Position numbers and translations under genes: made by a program. A stretch of DNA of 24,000 nucleotides from an uncultured Acidobacteriota bacterium. Its GTDB lineage: Bacteria; Acidobacteriota; Terriglobia; Acidiferrales; UBA7541. Shown here piece by piece: positions 23,943 to 24,000 of this stretch (its first letter is position 1; the number at the start of each line of letters is the position of its first letter). The notes under the pieces were generated by a model. That model was not told where the DNA came from. It did no database searches and saw only the letters and a program-made list of their open reading frames with translations. Location of the stretch: assembly GCA_963729595.1 (NCBI GenBank), contig CAVSNW010000003.1:1750979-1774978 (forward strand), in the 5' to 3' direction.

Positions 23943-24000
23943 TGCGCCGGCGAGTCGTGTGAGGCCGGGCATCGTGGCAAAGGTGCCCGCTACCCTTCGA

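Noticed and set aside
23592-24000. Small ORFs after the Rieske oxygenase gene (62 aa and 63 aa on the minus strand, 71 aa on the plus strand), and open frames running to the window edge.
   Set aside because: They overlap each other and the dispersed repeat copy at 23912-23942. Their [12 protein letters not shown] show no domain signature and several look repeat-derived. No confident coding call is possible from about 400 nt at the window edge.

Overview
GC-rich bacterial chromosomal segment. The protein sequences and a short dispersed GTCATCCCGA-type repeat tentatively suggest a soil Acidobacteriota-like genome. Most of the window is conserved housekeeping. On the plus strand: aspS 3' end, endonuclease-type mutL, fabI, cmk, and a secreted DUF885 protein. 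Then a secreted esterase on the minus strand, and a small membrane protein plus a TMEM175/DUF1211-like channel on the plus strand. After the RNA locus described below come an EAL-HDOD signalling protein, rho, and the classic tig-clpP-clpX-lon block, all on the minus strand. A secreted cupin and a Rieske oxygenase close the window. No transposase, integrase, CRISPR array, rRNA or canonical tRNA was seen. The stand-out is 9.35-12.2 kb. About 0.95 kb there has no credible ORF and holds three tandem structured RNAs (9705-9802, 9950-10076, 10118-10202). Each is closed by the same covarying helix with a bulged U. The middle one is a textbook circularly permuted tRNA mimic (T arm, GAAA-capped acceptor helix, D arm). 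They sit just upstream of a small AbrB/SpoVT-like ORF and a TROVE+vWA (Ro60/Rsr-like) gene, so this looks like a multi-copy Y-RNA/Ro RNP locus with an unusual protein partner and no rtcB/rtcA. Secondary observations are a probable 1-nt frame disruption in the C-terminus of the EAL-HDOD gene, several short tandem or dispersed repeats in intergenic regions, and a long feature-poor convergent intergenic region. Many long ORFs in the track are antisense shadow ORFs of a GC-rich genome and were rejected.
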